Positions 37,514 through 47,418 of a stretch of 64,000 nucleotides of DNA are shown here, piece by piece. Numbering within the stretch: position 1 is the first letter of the stretch; the number at the start of each line of letters is the position of its first letter. The notes beneath the pieces are model-generated. The model was not told the DNA's origin and made no database searches. It worked only from the letters and a program-made list of their open reading frames with translations. The DNA comes from Armatimonadota bacterium (GTDB lineage: Bacteria; Armatimonadota; SYMT01): the NCBI GenBank assembly GCA_046292385.1, contig JBKBRF010000004.1, forward strand, positions 1 through 64,000, read 5' to 3'. A program made the translations under genes and the position numbers.

Positions 37514-38107
37514 ATGAAGACGTTGAATCTGGACCGCGAGACGGCGTCGGGCGGCACACCATTGGCGAACGCGCCGGCGATGAAGAGAGGCTTTGAGATG
37601 AACGGCAGGCTGGTCGCGGTGGGACTCGCCCTCGTCCTGGTGGCGGGCGGCGGCTTCGCGCTCTGGCGCTCGGTGGAGGCCCAGCGCCCGAAAGGCTCCG
37701 ACGCGGAGCAGATCCGGGCGATGCTGGCCGAGGGGGAGCGCGCCACGGAGCGCCTCGACGCAGCCGGACTCGGGCGCTTCATCTCGGACGATTACCGGGA
37801 CAACCTCGGCCTCTCCGACACGAGCGTGAAGTACCAGATCCGCCGCTACTTCCGGGAGCACGACGCGATCGAGGTGGAGATCCCGGAGCAGTCGATCGAG
37901 GTGAACGTCTCGCCGAACAGCGACACCGGCTCGGTCTCGTTCCTGGCGCGGGTGGGAGTGGCTACGGACGCGAAGACCGCGACGTACGACCTGCCGATGA
38001 CGCTGCAGGTCAAGAAGGAGCCGGTGCACTACTACTGGCTCTTCCCCGGCGAAGAGTGGAAGGTGACCTCCGCCGAGGGGTACGGAGCCCTGGAAGGCTA
38101 CCAGTAG
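37514..38107 (+). CDS. Membrane-anchored NTF2-like hypothetical protein (alternative start 37598)
   Basis: AGGAGG RBS; TM segment; DAEQIRAML...ISDDYRD...WKVTSAE NTF2-like pattern. Confidence 0.65.
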   Translation: MKTLNLDRETASGGTPLANAPAMKRGFEMNGRLVAVGLALVLVAGGGFALWRSVEAQRPKGSDAEQIRAMLAEGERATERLDAAGLGRFISDDYRDNLGLSDTSVKYQIRRYFREHDAIEVEIPEQSIEVNVSPNSDTGSVSFLARVGVATDAKTATYDLPMTLQVKKEPVHYYWLFPGEEWKVTSAEGYGALEGYQ

Positions 38108-38229
38108 CTTCGGCCGCTGCCTGCCTACGCAAATGGCCGACGGGATGATTGCCAGCTAAAAGGAGAAGCGAGCGAGCGTGTGGAACTCCGAATGGTAGTC
38201 TTTACTACACCACTATCGGATACACCCCA

Positions 38230-41200
38230 GTGCTGCCTCGCCACCTGCCAGCCCTCATCGCCGTCGGCTCCCTCCTCTGTCTCCAGGCATGCGCCAGCTT
38301 CTCGGCCGAAGCCGGCTTCTCCCGGGATCACCGGACGGCGCTCCACCCGCAGCTCACCGACCTTCCGCTCTACTTCGAGCCGTCGGCAATCGAGCCCAGC
38401 CATCCGGAGGGAATGCCCTCCGACCGCTTTCACTGCCGCGGAGACGGATACTCACTGACGCTCTCTGCCACCGAAACGCGGGTTACGCTGGCGTCGCGCG
38501 GAGCGCAGCGTAGCGGAGGAGCGTCCCCCCGGCCCGACGGCGGGCCTGTGCGTGACCTGAACGCCGGAAGCGAGGAGGCGCCGGTGACACTCCGCACGCG
38601 CCTGCTCGGCGGGTCGACCCGCGCCAGGCTCCAGGGCCTGGATGAGCAGCCGGGGAAGGTCCATTACCTTCTGGGAAGCTCGCCGGAGCGGTGGCGGCGA
38701 GAGGTGCCCACCTATCGGAAGGTGCGGGCACTGGAGGTGTATCCCGGGATTGACGTCGTCTACTACGGGCGCCAGGGGCAGCTCGAGTACGACTTCGTCC
38801 TGGCTCCCGGAGCCTCGTCCGACAGGATCCGGATGGAGCTGTCCGGCGCCGATCAGGTGTCGATCGACCGGGATGGAAACCTGCTCCTGAAGACCGCCGT
38901 GGGGACGGTGACGCAGCGCCGGCCTGAGCTCTACCAGGTAGTGGACGGCCAGAGACGCGGCGTGGAAGGCTCTTTCGCCATTCTGGACACCACGCCCGGC
39001 GCCGCGGATGAACTCGACAGTGCCCCGGTCCGGGATGGCGCGGTCGTGGTCGGCTTCCAGGTGGGATCTTACGATCGACGTCTGCCGCTGACCATCGATC
39101 CGGTGCTTTCGTACGCCAGCTACCTCGGCGGAAGCGGTGAAGACACTGCCGTCGAGTCCCCCGGGATCGCGGTCGACGCGGAAGGCTACGTGTACGTGAC
39201 CGGCCTGACCACCTCTTCGGACTTCCCGATTGCCAACGCGTACCAGTCCGGGAACCGCGGCGGGAGCTTCAGTGGTCGCGATGCATTCCTCACGAAGCTG
39301 ACTCCGGACGGGTCGGAGCTCGTCTACTCGACCTACTTCGGCGGGAGCGGGGACGAGTGGCGCATGAACCTGGCGCTTACCTCTTCCGGTGAACCGGTGC
39401 TCTTCGGGAGTACCACCTCTTCGGATCTTCCGACCACGGCCGGGGCACTGAAGAGAACGGTCACCGGCACCTACGACGTCTTCGTCGCGCAGTTCAACGC
39501 CTCTGGATCCAACCTGGTGTTTTCGACACTCCTCGGAGGCTCAGCGCGCGAGTGGTCTTCTGATGTGGCGGTGGATGGCGACGGCTCTGCGTACGTGACC
39601 GGACTTACCGAGTCCGCCGACTACCACACGACACCCGGAGCCTTTCAAACTTCGAGCCGGAGCTCCAGCTTCGACATCTTCGTGACCAAGCTAACTCCAG
39701 GGGGAAGCCTCGACTATTCCACTTATCTTGGGGGGTTCGACTACGATCACCCTGCGGATATCGCGGTCACCAGCTCCGGTGAGGCGATCGTGTGCGGCTT
39801 GACCTGCAGCGCGGACTTCCCTCTTAAGAGCCCGATCCAGGATACGTTCCAGGGAGGCGTCGTCGTGCGATCCGACGGGTTTATCACTCGCCTCAACTCG
39901 TCCGGCAGCGCCCTCGTCGCCTCCACCTACCTCGGTGGTTCCGCGGACGAAAGCGTTAGCGCTGTCACGTGGGACGCGAGCGGAAACATCTACGCCGCGG
40001 GCAATACTTCGTCTCCCAACTTTCCCACTACGGCCGGTGCCTTCAGCCGGGTGAGGAGCGGCTGGGCCGACGGCTTTCTGGTCAAGCTAGGCTCGGGTGG
40101 TACCGTGTTGGAGTACTCCACTCTCGTCGGGGGATTCGGGTGGGATGGGATCTTCAACCTGGCCGTAGACGGACAGGGCAACGCCTGGGCGGTAGGCAGG
40201 ACAGACTCCCCCAACTTCCCGATGGTCAGCCCCACGCAGCCCAGGCTGGGCGGCGGGGAAGACGGGTGCGTCCTGCATCTGAACGCCACAGGCAGTGCGC
40301 TCTTGTTTTCCTCTTACCTGGGCGGAAGTGGCAACGACGTGGTGGTAGATCTGACGCGAGGCTTGGACGACGACATCTGGGTCGTTGGCTCTACGGAGTC
40401 CCTGGACCTTCCTACGGTCGCCGCGTTCCAGCCTGCGTATGGGGGAGGCACCCTGGACCTCCTCGTGGCCCGGTTCGGACCATCCGCACCGGAGGCTCCT
40501 TCGGGTCTGGCGGCACTCGCTATCACCTCCACCTCGGTGGAGCTCACCTGGAACGACAATTCGGACAGGGAGAGCGGATTCCGCGTGGAGCGCAGGGGCC
40601 ATAGCCAGGCGGAGTTCCAGCTCGTTGGCGAAGCCGGTGCAGGAGTTAACCACTACACCGACGGGGGCGTTTCACCAGGCGAGACCTACATCTATCGCGT
40701 GCAGGCCTGGAACGGCTCCGGAGCTTCGGCATACAGTGAAGAACTGCCGGTGACCACCCTTGCGCCGCCGACCTTCAGCATCTCGGGGCGAATCACGGAG
40801 GACGGCGCCGGAGTGGCCGGCGTGTCCGTGAGTGCGGGTGGGCGTTCGGTGCTCGTCGACTCGGCGGGTACGTACACTCTTGCCGGACTACCGGCCGGGA
40901 CCTACGAGGTGATTCCGGAAAAGCGCGGCTTGGTTTTCGATCCGCCGCAGCGTACCGTTACCCTCGGTCCCAACGGAAGCGACGTGGATTTCACCGCAAG
41001 CTCGGGACCCTTTCTGCAGTCGATCAAGCTGAGCGCCGACCGCGTGCGCTCCCGCGGCAAAGTGCGCGGCACCCTCAAGCTGAACCGGCCGGCGACGGGG
41101 AACGTGAGGATCACGCTCGTGAGCGATACCCCTTCCGCGGCCCCTGCGCCGCGATCGGTCGTCCGCGTTCGCAAAGGGAGCCGGACCGGCACGTTCGTGA

Positions 41201-41295
41201 TCCGTGCACGACGGGTGGAATCCCCGATCGCAGTGACGTTCACGGCCGCTTATGGCGGAGCTAGCCGGCAGGCGGTGCTCACGGTGAAGCCGTAG
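38230..41295 (+). CDS. Surface protein with SBBP beta-propeller repeats, FN3, carboxypeptidase-regulatory-like and C-terminal Ig-like domains (start approximate)
   Basis: VYPGIDVVYYG..QLEYDFVLAPG; repeated YSTYLGGSGxD / AVDxxGxxYVTGxTxSxDFP; VELTWNDNS..YIYRVQA. Confidence 0.88.
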   Translation: MLPRHLPALIAVGSLLCLQACASFSAEAGFSRDHRTALHPQLTDLPLYFEPSAIEPSHPEGMPSDRFHCRGDGYSLTLSATETRVTLASRGAQRSGGASPRPDGGPVRDLNAGSEEAPVTLRTRLLGGSTRARLQGLDEQPGKVHYLLGSSPERWRREVPTYRKVRALEVYPGIDVVYYGRQGQLEYDFVLAPGASSDRIRMELSGADQVSIDRDGNLLLKTAVGTVTQRRPELYQVVDGQRRGVEGSFAILDTTPGAADELDSAPVRDGAVVVGFQVGSYDRRLPLTIDPVLSYASYLGGSGEDTAVESPGIAVDAEGYVYVTGLTTSSDFPIANAYQSGNRGGSFSGRDAFLTKLTPDGSELVYSTYFGGSGDEWRMNLALTSSGEPVLFGSTTSSDLPTTAGALKRTVTGTYDVFVAQFNASGSNLVFSTLLGGSAREWSSDVAVDGDGSAYVTGLTESADYHTTPGAFQTSSRSSSFDIFVTKLTPGGSLDYSTYLGGFDYDHPADIAVTSSGEAIVCGLTCSADFPLKSPIQDTFQGGVVVRSDGFITRLNSSGSALVASTYLGGSADESVSAVTWDASGNIYAAGNTSSPNFPTTAGAFSRVRSGWADGFLVKLGSGGTVLEYSTLVGGFGWDGIFNLAVDGQGNAWAVGRTDSPNFPMVSPTQPRLGGGEDGCVLHLNATGSALLFSSYLGGSGNDVVVDLTRGLDDDIWVVGSTESLDLPTVAAFQPAYGGGTLDLLVARFGPSAPEAPSGLAALAITSTSVELTWNDNSDRESGFRVERRGHSQAEFQLVGEAGAGVNHYTDGGVSPGETYIYRVQAWNGSGASAYSEELPVTTLAPPTFSISGRITEDGAGVAGVSVSAGGRSVLVDSAGTYTLAGLPAGTYEVIPEKRGLVFDPPQRTVTLGPNGSDVDFTASSGPFLQSIKLSADRVRSRGKVRGTLKLNRPATGNVRITLVSDTPSAAPAPRSVVRVRKGSRTGTFVIRARRVESPIAVTFTAAYGGASRQAVLTVKP

Positions 41296-41484
41296 ATCGG
41301 CGCTGTGCCGCCGCGATGCCGGCGTGAACGGCGTCTGCACCCGGTACAGACAGGCGGATCTCGACTTCACGCGCTGTGGACGGGGTTCGCTGCCGCACCG
41401 GAGCTGCTGGTGAGGGCGTGGGGAACCAGCCCGGAGCGTCTCGGACAGCAGCTCTGGCGCAGCTTCCGGGGACTTGCCCCCTAT

Positions 41485-41528
41485 AAACGCAGCACGGCCC
41501 GCCGGGTGAACCCGGCGGGCCGTGCTGC
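41485..41528 (-). terminator. Terminator after the amidase gene
   Basis: Perfect stem GCAGCACGGCCCGCCGGG tgaa CCCGGCGGGCCGTGCTGC; GTTTA follows on the minus strand. Confidence 0.75.
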
Positions 41529-41548
41529 TCAGGAGCGGTGCGAGGCGA

Positions 41549-43084
41549 TCAGTTGCTCGCGACGGTGTCCGCGCCGAAGTAGCGGAGCACGCCCTGCGTC
41601 ACCGATTCGGCGAAGCGCTGGTGGAACTCCGGCGTGGCCAGGAGCAGCTCTTCTTCCGCGTTGTTGATGTAGCCGACCTCCAGGAGCACGCTGGGGATGT
41701 TCGTCTCCCGGATCACCTGGAAGCTGGCGTTCCGCACGCCGCGGTCCGCGCGGCCCACCGCGGAGACCATATATGGGTGCAGCGTCTCGGCGAGCCGCTT
41801 GCTGCGGGGCTGGCGCCAGTAGGTCTCCGTCCCGGTGGCGGAGTTGCGCCGGCCGGTGGAGTTGCAGTGGACGCTGATGAAGATATCCGCGCCGGAGCGG
41901 TTCGCGATGGCGCAGCGCTCGTCCAGGCTGACGAAGACGTCCGAGTCGCGGGTGATGATCACCTGCGCGCCCTTCGCCTCCAGCTCCTGCTTCAGCGCCA
42001 GGCCCATCTTGAGGCAGAGGTCCTTCTCGCTGCTGAAGAGGCCCTGCGCGCCGCCGTGCTTGCCGCCGTGGCCGGGGTCGACCACGATCACGCGCCCCAC
42101 CAGGCGCGCGCCAGGGTCGACCAGCGGCGCGCGGTTGCGGTCGATCGGACCGAGGCTGGGAAAATCGCCCGGAATCCCCTGGCGGGAGGCGAGACGGTTG
42201 CCGGCGCCGCGGCGCTGGATCGCGACGATCTCGCGGTTCGACGGCTGGAGCAGCGGCGGGTTCACCGCGGCGGCCCCGATTCCCACGCTGGCGACGACCT
42301 GGTTCTCCTGCTGCAGGTCGAAGCGGGTAACCTTGTACGCGACAGAAGGCACTTCGAAGACGACGCGGGCAGTGTTGGCGACCGGGTGCCCGGTGCGGAT
42401 CGCCCGCGCGGGGCCCATCGAAGCCGGGAACTGGATCCCGGGAGCCCAGCGGGCGTTCGGGAAGTCGATCACCACCCGCACCGGCGCCTGCGTCACCGGC
42501 AGCCACTGGGGGCGCACCGGGCCGGAAGCGCGGACGCGGACCTGCAGCCCCTCGCCGTCCGGCGTGATATCGAGGCCGGTGAGCGTCACCGCCTGGGCGG
42601 GCGCCGCCTCCGTGGCCTCCGGCTCTTTGGAGAGCTGCGGCCGCTTGGAGGCATCCGGCACGAGCGCGATCTCGTTGGAGCGCGTGTCCAGCCGCACGTC
42701 GAGCGCGCAGAGCTCCGCCAGCTTGCGGAGCGGCACGAAGGCGTTGCCGCCGAGCACGAGCACCACCGGATGCTCGCCGGTTTCGGGTACCTCGTCTCGC
42801 GAGGTGACGATCGGCCAGCTCCCGACGAAGCCGCCGCGGCAGCGGACCACGTACTCCGAGCCGGAGCGCGTGAAGGTGATCTGAAGGCGGCGCAGCTCCT
42901 GGATGACTGGCGCGTAGAGCTCCGGGTCCTCCACGTGGCCGTAGGTCATGTAGAAACGGCTGCCGCCGCCGATCGAGAGCTTGGTGCCGCTGGCGCTCAC
43001 TTCCGCGCTGGCGGGGCGAGCGCCGGGAAGCGCGCAGAGCGCCGCGGCCGTGAGCAGCGCGGCGGTTAGTAGACGAAGGCGCAT
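41549..43084 (-). CDS. N-acetylmuramoyl-L-alanine amidase (Amidase_3) with AMIN domain
   Basis: VVDPGHGG, EKDL, FISVHCNS, SVLLEVGYINN; AMIN-like RVVIDFP/RVVFE. Confidence 0.93.
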   Translation of the reverse strand: MRLRLLTAALLTAAALCALPGARPASAEVSASGTKLSIGGGSRFYMTYGHVEDPELYAPVIQELRRLQITFTRSGSEYVVRCRGGFVGSWPIVTSRDEVPETGEHPVVLVLGGNAFVPLRKLAELCALDVRLDTRSNEIALVPDASKRPQLSKEPEATEAAPAQAVTLTGLDITPDGEGLQVRVRASGPVRPQWLPVTQAPVRVVIDFPNARWAPGIQFPASMGPARAIRTGHPVANTARVVFEVPSVAYKVTRFDLQQENQVVASVGIGAAAVNPPLLQPSNREIVAIQRRGAGNRLASRQGIPGDFPSLGPIDRNRAPLVDPGARLVGRVIVVDPGHGGKHGGAQGLFSSEKDLCLKMGLALKQELEAKGAQVIITRDSDVFVSLDERCAIANRSGADIFISVHCNSTGRRNSATGTETYWRQPRSKRLAETLHPYMVSAVGRADRGVRNASFQVIRETNIPSVLLEVGYINNAEEELLLATPEFHQRFAESVTQGVLRYFGADTVASN

Positions 43085-43366
43085 GGGCTTTCTCCTCGGG
43101 GTACTGCAGGACTGGGCGCCAATGCGAGCACCGGAGGCACGCTCCGGGTTTGACGCAGGATGAGGTACCGAGATTCTCGGCCCGGCAAGCCCCTCTCTTC
43201 ACCCAAGAAAGGCGCTTGCCCGGTAACGGAGCGCGAACTGGCTCCGCTACCGCCCGCCTGTTCGCACCCCGAGGGAAGACCTCCTCCCGCCGCGCGGAGT
43301 CAGTCCCCGGGAAAGGTTGTTGAGCCCGGCCAACCGCTTCGTCAAGCAGACGCAAGCAATGAGGGG

Positions 43367-43445
43367 CGTTCGCAGGCTAGCGAGCTGCAGGGTTCCAGGC
43401 GCCCGGGGAGGGGTGGCTAACCTGCGGCTCGCTAGCCTGCGAATG
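43367..43445. repeat. REP-like palindrome just downstream of nagA
   Basis: TTCGCAGGCTAGCGAGCTGCAGG ... CCTGCGGCTCGCTAGCCTGCGAA. Confidence 0.75.
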
Positions 43446-43455
43446 GACGGGGGAC

Positions 43456-44628
43456 TCAGCCGGTGGGGAACGCCTGGCGGCCGCGGATCCAGGTGGCGCG
43501 GCAGCGGAACTGCGGGTCGAGGAGGGTCACGTCGGCGTCTTTCCCTGCCTCCAGCGAGCCCTTCCGGTCCGAGCAGCCGGCGATGCGGGCCGGAATCAGG
43601 CTGGCCATCCGGACGGCGTGGACCAGCGAGACGCCGGCGAAGTCGATCGCGTTGCCGATCGCCCGCTCCATGGTGAGGATGCTCCCGGCGATGGTGCCGT
43701 CGGAGAGGGTGCAGAGCGGGCCGTCTACCTGCACCGTGTGCGGCCCCAGGGTGTGGGTGCCGTCCGGCAGGCCGGTCGCGGAGAAGGCGTCGGTGATGAG
43801 CGCGGCGCGGTCCGGTCCCTTGGTGGAGAGCGCCAGGCGTACGATGTGCGGGTGAAGGTGAACGCCGTCCGGAATCACCTCGGCCACCACCCGCTCATCG
43901 TTCAGGCAGGCGGCGATCGTTCCCGGGTCCCGGTGGTGGATCGGGCGCATCGCGTTGAAGAGGTGGGTCGCGTGGGTGGCGCCCGCGTCGATGCCGGCGA
44001 CCGCCTCTTCGTAGGTCGCGTCGGTGTGCCCGATCGACGGGATCACGCCTTCTCGCACCAGGAGCCGGATCAGCTCCAGCGCGCCCGGCAGCTCCGGGGC
44101 GAGCGTCATGATGCGCATCTGGCCTTCAGAGGCCTGGAGCAGCTCCCGGACCTCGTCGAAGTCGGGGTCTCGCACGCCCTCGGCCGGCTGCGCGCCCTTG
44201 CGCTTCATGTTGATGTACGGGCCCTCCACGTGGAGCCCTACGATCTCGGCGCCGGCCCCCGGCTGCCGCTGGGCCTCTACACACCAGCGGATCGCCTGGA
44301 GCAACTCGGGGTGGCGGGCGGAGATGGTGCTGGGAAGCCACGCGGTGGTGCCGTGGCGGGGGAACCGGGCGGAGATCCGCCGGATGCCCTCCGCGCCGTG
44401 CAGCATCACGTCGTCCCCGAAGGTGCCGTGCACGTGGGTGTCGATGAGGCCCGGCAGCACGTAGAGCCCGGCGGCGTCCACGTGGCGCGCTCCGGCCGGG
44501 ATCTCGGCGCCCGCAGCGGCACCTGCGTACCGGAGGGTCTCGCCCTCGATCAGTACCAGGGCATTCGCGACTTCACGGTCCGGCAGGACGGCGGTCCCGC
44601 CGGTGATGGCAGTGATCTCTGACGCCAC
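43456..44628 (-). CDS. nagA: N-acetylglucosamine-6-phosphate deacetylase
   Basis: PGLIDTHVHG, GLHVEGP, GHTDAT, THLFNAM, DGVHLHP, LITDA, AGS. Confidence 0.95.
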   Translation of the reverse strand: MASEITAITGGTAVLPDREVANALVLIEGETLRYAGAAAGAEIPAGARHVDAAGLYVLPGLIDTHVHGTFGDDVMLHGAEGIRRISARFPRHGTTAWLPSTISARHPELLQAIRWCVEAQRQPGAGAEIVGLHVEGPYINMKRKGAQPAEGVRDPDFDEVRELLQASEGQMRIMTLAPELPGALELIRLLVREGVIPSIGHTDATYEEAVAGIDAGATHATHLFNAMRPIHHRDPGTIAACLNDERVVAEVIPDGVHLHPHIVRLALSTKGPDRAALITDAFSATGLPDGTHTLGPHTVQVDGPLCTLSDGTIAGSILTMERAIGNAIDFAGVSLVHAVRMASLIPARIAGCSDRKGSLEAGKDADVTLLDPQFRCRATWIRGRQAFPTG

Positions 44629-44630
44629 GA

Positions 44631-46139
44631 CTAACCTTCCCCGATACTCTTCAGAATCCGGAGCGCTTCTTCCCGGTCGCCGTGAACTCGGGAGAGGTGC
44701 GGCCGCAACTCCAGCGCGGCGTCCGCGGAGCTCTCCATCCGGGCTTCGATCGCCGCGACCGCGTCGACCGCCGCCTGCGCGGAGCTGCGCGCGGCACCCA
44801 GGTCCCCCGCCTTGCGCTGGAGGTCGGCGATCCGGATGAGCCAGCGGGCTTTACGGTGCTCCGGAGCGGTCTTCACGGCGACCTGGGAGACTTCCAGCAT
44901 CTCCGCGTCGTTCACGAGCTGCGGATACATCTCCGCGATCGCTTCCGCCCCGCGCTCCGCGTCGTCACTCTGCGGGTAGCTCTCGATCAGGCGGCGAGCC
45001 GCCTTCAAGCGCTCTTCCGAGCCCACCTCCGGAGCTTCCATCCGGATGATGCGGAAGAGGGCACGGGGCGCGAACGGGCTTTTGGGAAAGCGGTCGGCCA
45101 CCCGGTAGTAGTCGGGCACGGCGCGGACCGGATCGGTTTTCTCCCGCTCCGCGCCGACCGCGAACGCCATCCCGTCGGCCCAGAGGCTGCCGGCGTAGCG
45201 CTGCAGACCCTGTTCCAGCTGCTGGACGCGCACCTCGGCGGAGGAGCTGTTTTCGGAAGCGGTCGGCTCGGCCACGTAGGTGGTGAGCGCGGGACCGAAG
45301 AAGCTGGCGACCGGCACCGGACCGTAGACCTTCATCTGGCGCCGCAGCCAGTCCACGTCCGGCGTATCCAGGTGGGCGCGGTGCGTGTACGCGTATCCCA
45401 GCGTGGCGGCGGCACCGGAGGCGCAGTAGGCCAGGAGCACCGCGCCGGTCGCGACGGCGATGCGGGTGACGTCGCGCCGCTCCGGCGGGCGGCAGACGCG
45501 GTGGATCAGGCGACCGTGGAGGAACAGGAGCACCACGGCGGCGATCCCGAGGGCCCACTTGCCCTGCGTCCACATCACCGCGAGGGGGTCTCCGTCCATC
45601 CGGGCGTAGAGGCCCTGCAGCGAGAGGTACGGGTGGATGGCGTATCCCACCGTGAAGTCGAGGGCCCAGAGCCCCGCCGCGACTCCGAAGCCGCCGAGCG
45701 CGTTCCGGAAGAGGGTGGCGAAAGTGAGCGACAACAGCGAGAGGAACAGCAGGCCCGGCAGGCTGGCGACGAGCGGCTGCCACACGTCGATCGGTTTCAA
45801 ACCCACCGAGCAGACGAAGAGGGTCACCGTGGTGAGCGCCACCGCGACCAGCAGGGCCAGGAGCACCCGCATGGTGACCACCCGGTGGAGGGAGACCGGC
45901 TTGCACGCCAGCACGGCGCCGACGCCGCTGCGGTACTCCGGCGCCAGGCAGTGCGCCACCAGGAAGGCGCCGAGCACCGGCGTCATCAACTCGGCGATGC
46001 GGGTCGCAGCGCGCTGGTCGAAGTCGGCGCTGAGTGCCATCATCCAGAGCGTGACGATCTGGCTGGCCGCGACCGGCAGGACGATGATCCACCAGTTGCC
46101 GCCGAGTAGGATGCTGTAGTTGTAACGCCAGAGACGCAT
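44631..46139 (-). CDS. ABC-2-type permease-like membrane protein with C-terminal TPR-like domain
   Basis: About 7 TM segments, PEYRSG...LACKPVS; C-terminal ADRFPKSPFAPRAL / IESYPQSDDA. Confidence 0.7.
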   Translation of the reverse strand: MRLWRYNYSILLGGNWWIIVLPVAASQIVTLWMMALSADFDQRAATRIAELMTPVLGAFLVAHCLAPEYRSGVGAVLACKPVSLHRVVTMRVLLALLVAVALTTVTLFVCSVGLKPIDVWQPLVASLPGLLFLSLLSLTFATLFRNALGGFGVAAGLWALDFTVGYAIHPYLSLQGLYARMDGDPLAVMWTQGKWALGIAAVVLLFLHGRLIHRVCRPPERRDVTRIAVATGAVLLAYCASGAAATLGYAYTHRAHLDTPDVDWLRRQMKVYGPVPVASFFGPALTTYVAEPTASENSSSAEVRVQQLEQGLQRYAGSLWADGMAFAVGAEREKTDPVRAVPDYYRVADRFPKSPFAPRALFRIIRMEAPEVGSEERLKAARRLIESYPQSDDAERGAEAIAEMYPQLVNDAEMLEVSQVAVKTAPEHRKARWLIRIADLQRKAGDLGAARSSAQAAVDAVAAIEARMESSADAALELRPHLSRVHGDREEALRILKSIGEG

Positions 46140-46143
46140 AGGA

Positions 46144-47418
46144 CTATTCAGGCTCCGCGGCGAGACGGTCTTCGATGATCTTCTCGAGCTCGGTCAGGCT
46201 GTAGGACGAAGAGTTGCCGATACTCCGCGCCCGGCGGCGGCGGTCGGTGATCACCAGCTTGGGCAGCAGCTCGGTATCGTACGCTTCGGCGACGGCGGCC
46301 TGCGGCGGGGAGGTGGTGGTGAGCGTGGTGGGATCCCACCCGATCGGGAAGCTGTAACCACTCGTCCGCGCGAGAGTCCACCCGTCCCCCTGGTCCGGAG
46401 AGAAGCAGATGCCGATCGGCTGCACGCCGCGCTCGCCGAACTTCGCCTGCAGCGCTTCCAGCACCGGCAGGGTGCGGGCGGCGTCCGGATCGCTCGCCGC
46501 GAACAGGTAGATCACCAGGATCTTCCCCGCGTGAGAAGCGGTGCGGACGATGCCGCCCTTTCCATCCGGAAGCCAGAAGCCGGGCGTGACCTCTCCCTCC
46601 TGGATGTGCTGGACCGCGATCGGATCCCAGATCGTGTTGGGCCGATCTTCCACCCGGGGCGCCACGCGGTACGCCTGGGCGGCACCCGCCGCGGTAAGAC
46701 CGAGCAGCGCCGCCGCGACGATGACGGGGACCAGCGGCCGGCGGAGCTCCCCACGGCGGAACCGCTCCACCAACAGCCCGGTGACCGCCAGCATGAAGGC
46801 AGCGGCGGCGGCGAACAGACCCAGGTTCTGGGCATAGTCCGGCTGGAGGTAGGCAGGAATGAAGTCGAGACCCGCGATGGCGCAGAACCAGCCGAAGAGG
46901 GTCAGGATCCCCCCCAGCGGGCTGCGCCAGAGCCGGGAGAGCCCATAGCTGAGGGCGGAGACGAACGCGAGGATTACCGCTGCGTGGAGGAACGCGATCG
47001 CGTGGGCGATCACGCCGGATAGCCCGGACCACGGGAGCTGGACCACCGCCGAGATGAGGAACGGCAGCGCGAGGAGCACGATCCAGACCACCGCGCCGGT
47101 CGCCCAGTTCACCATCACCCAGAAGGCGCCGTCGACCGGCTTGGAGCGCAGGGCGGCGCCGGTCCGCTCGTTGTAGTCCCGGATCGCCGCGTAGGCGAAC
47201 CAGAGACAGGCCGCCACGCCGAAGGCGCGCCCGAGCCATTCCGCCAGCACCACCGCGGTGGTGGCCGCGAGGCCGGCGTGGTTCCAGGAGTAGATGCCGG
47301 CGGCGACCGCCCCGACTGCGGCGAGCAGCCGCAGGCCCGGGTTGCGGAGCTCGGCCCGCGCGCCGATCCGGACCAGGCGCCCGAAGCGGCGGAGAATCGC
47401 GCCCGGGGAGCTGCTCAT
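46144..47418 (-). CDS. ABC-2-type permease fused to a thioredoxin-like (redoxin) domain lacking CxxC
   Basis: About 7 TM segments; C-terminal PGFWLPDGKG...GKILVIYLFAASDP...YSFPIGWD...LPKLVITD; start overlaps the ATPase stop. Confidence 0.7.
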   Translation of the reverse strand: MSSSPGAILRRFGRLVRIGARAELRNPGLRLLAAVGAVAAGIYSWNHAGLAATTAVVLAEWLGRAFGVAACLWFAYAAIRDYNERTGAALRSKPVDGAFWVMVNWATGAVVWIVLLALPFLISAVVQLPWSGLSGVIAHAIAFLHAAVILAFVSALSYGLSRLWRSPLGGILTLFGWFCAIAGLDFIPAYLQPDYAQNLGLFAAAAAFMLAVTGLLVERFRRGELRRPLVPVIVAAALLGLTAAGAAQAYRVAPRVEDRPNTIWDPIAVQHIQEGEVTPGFWLPDGKGGIVRTASHAGKILVIYLFAASDPDAARTLPVLEALQAKFGERGVQPIGICFSPDQGDGWTLARTSGYSFPIGWDPTTLTTTSPPQAAVAEAYDTELLPKLVITDRRRRARSIGNSSSYSLTELEKIIEDRLAAEPE

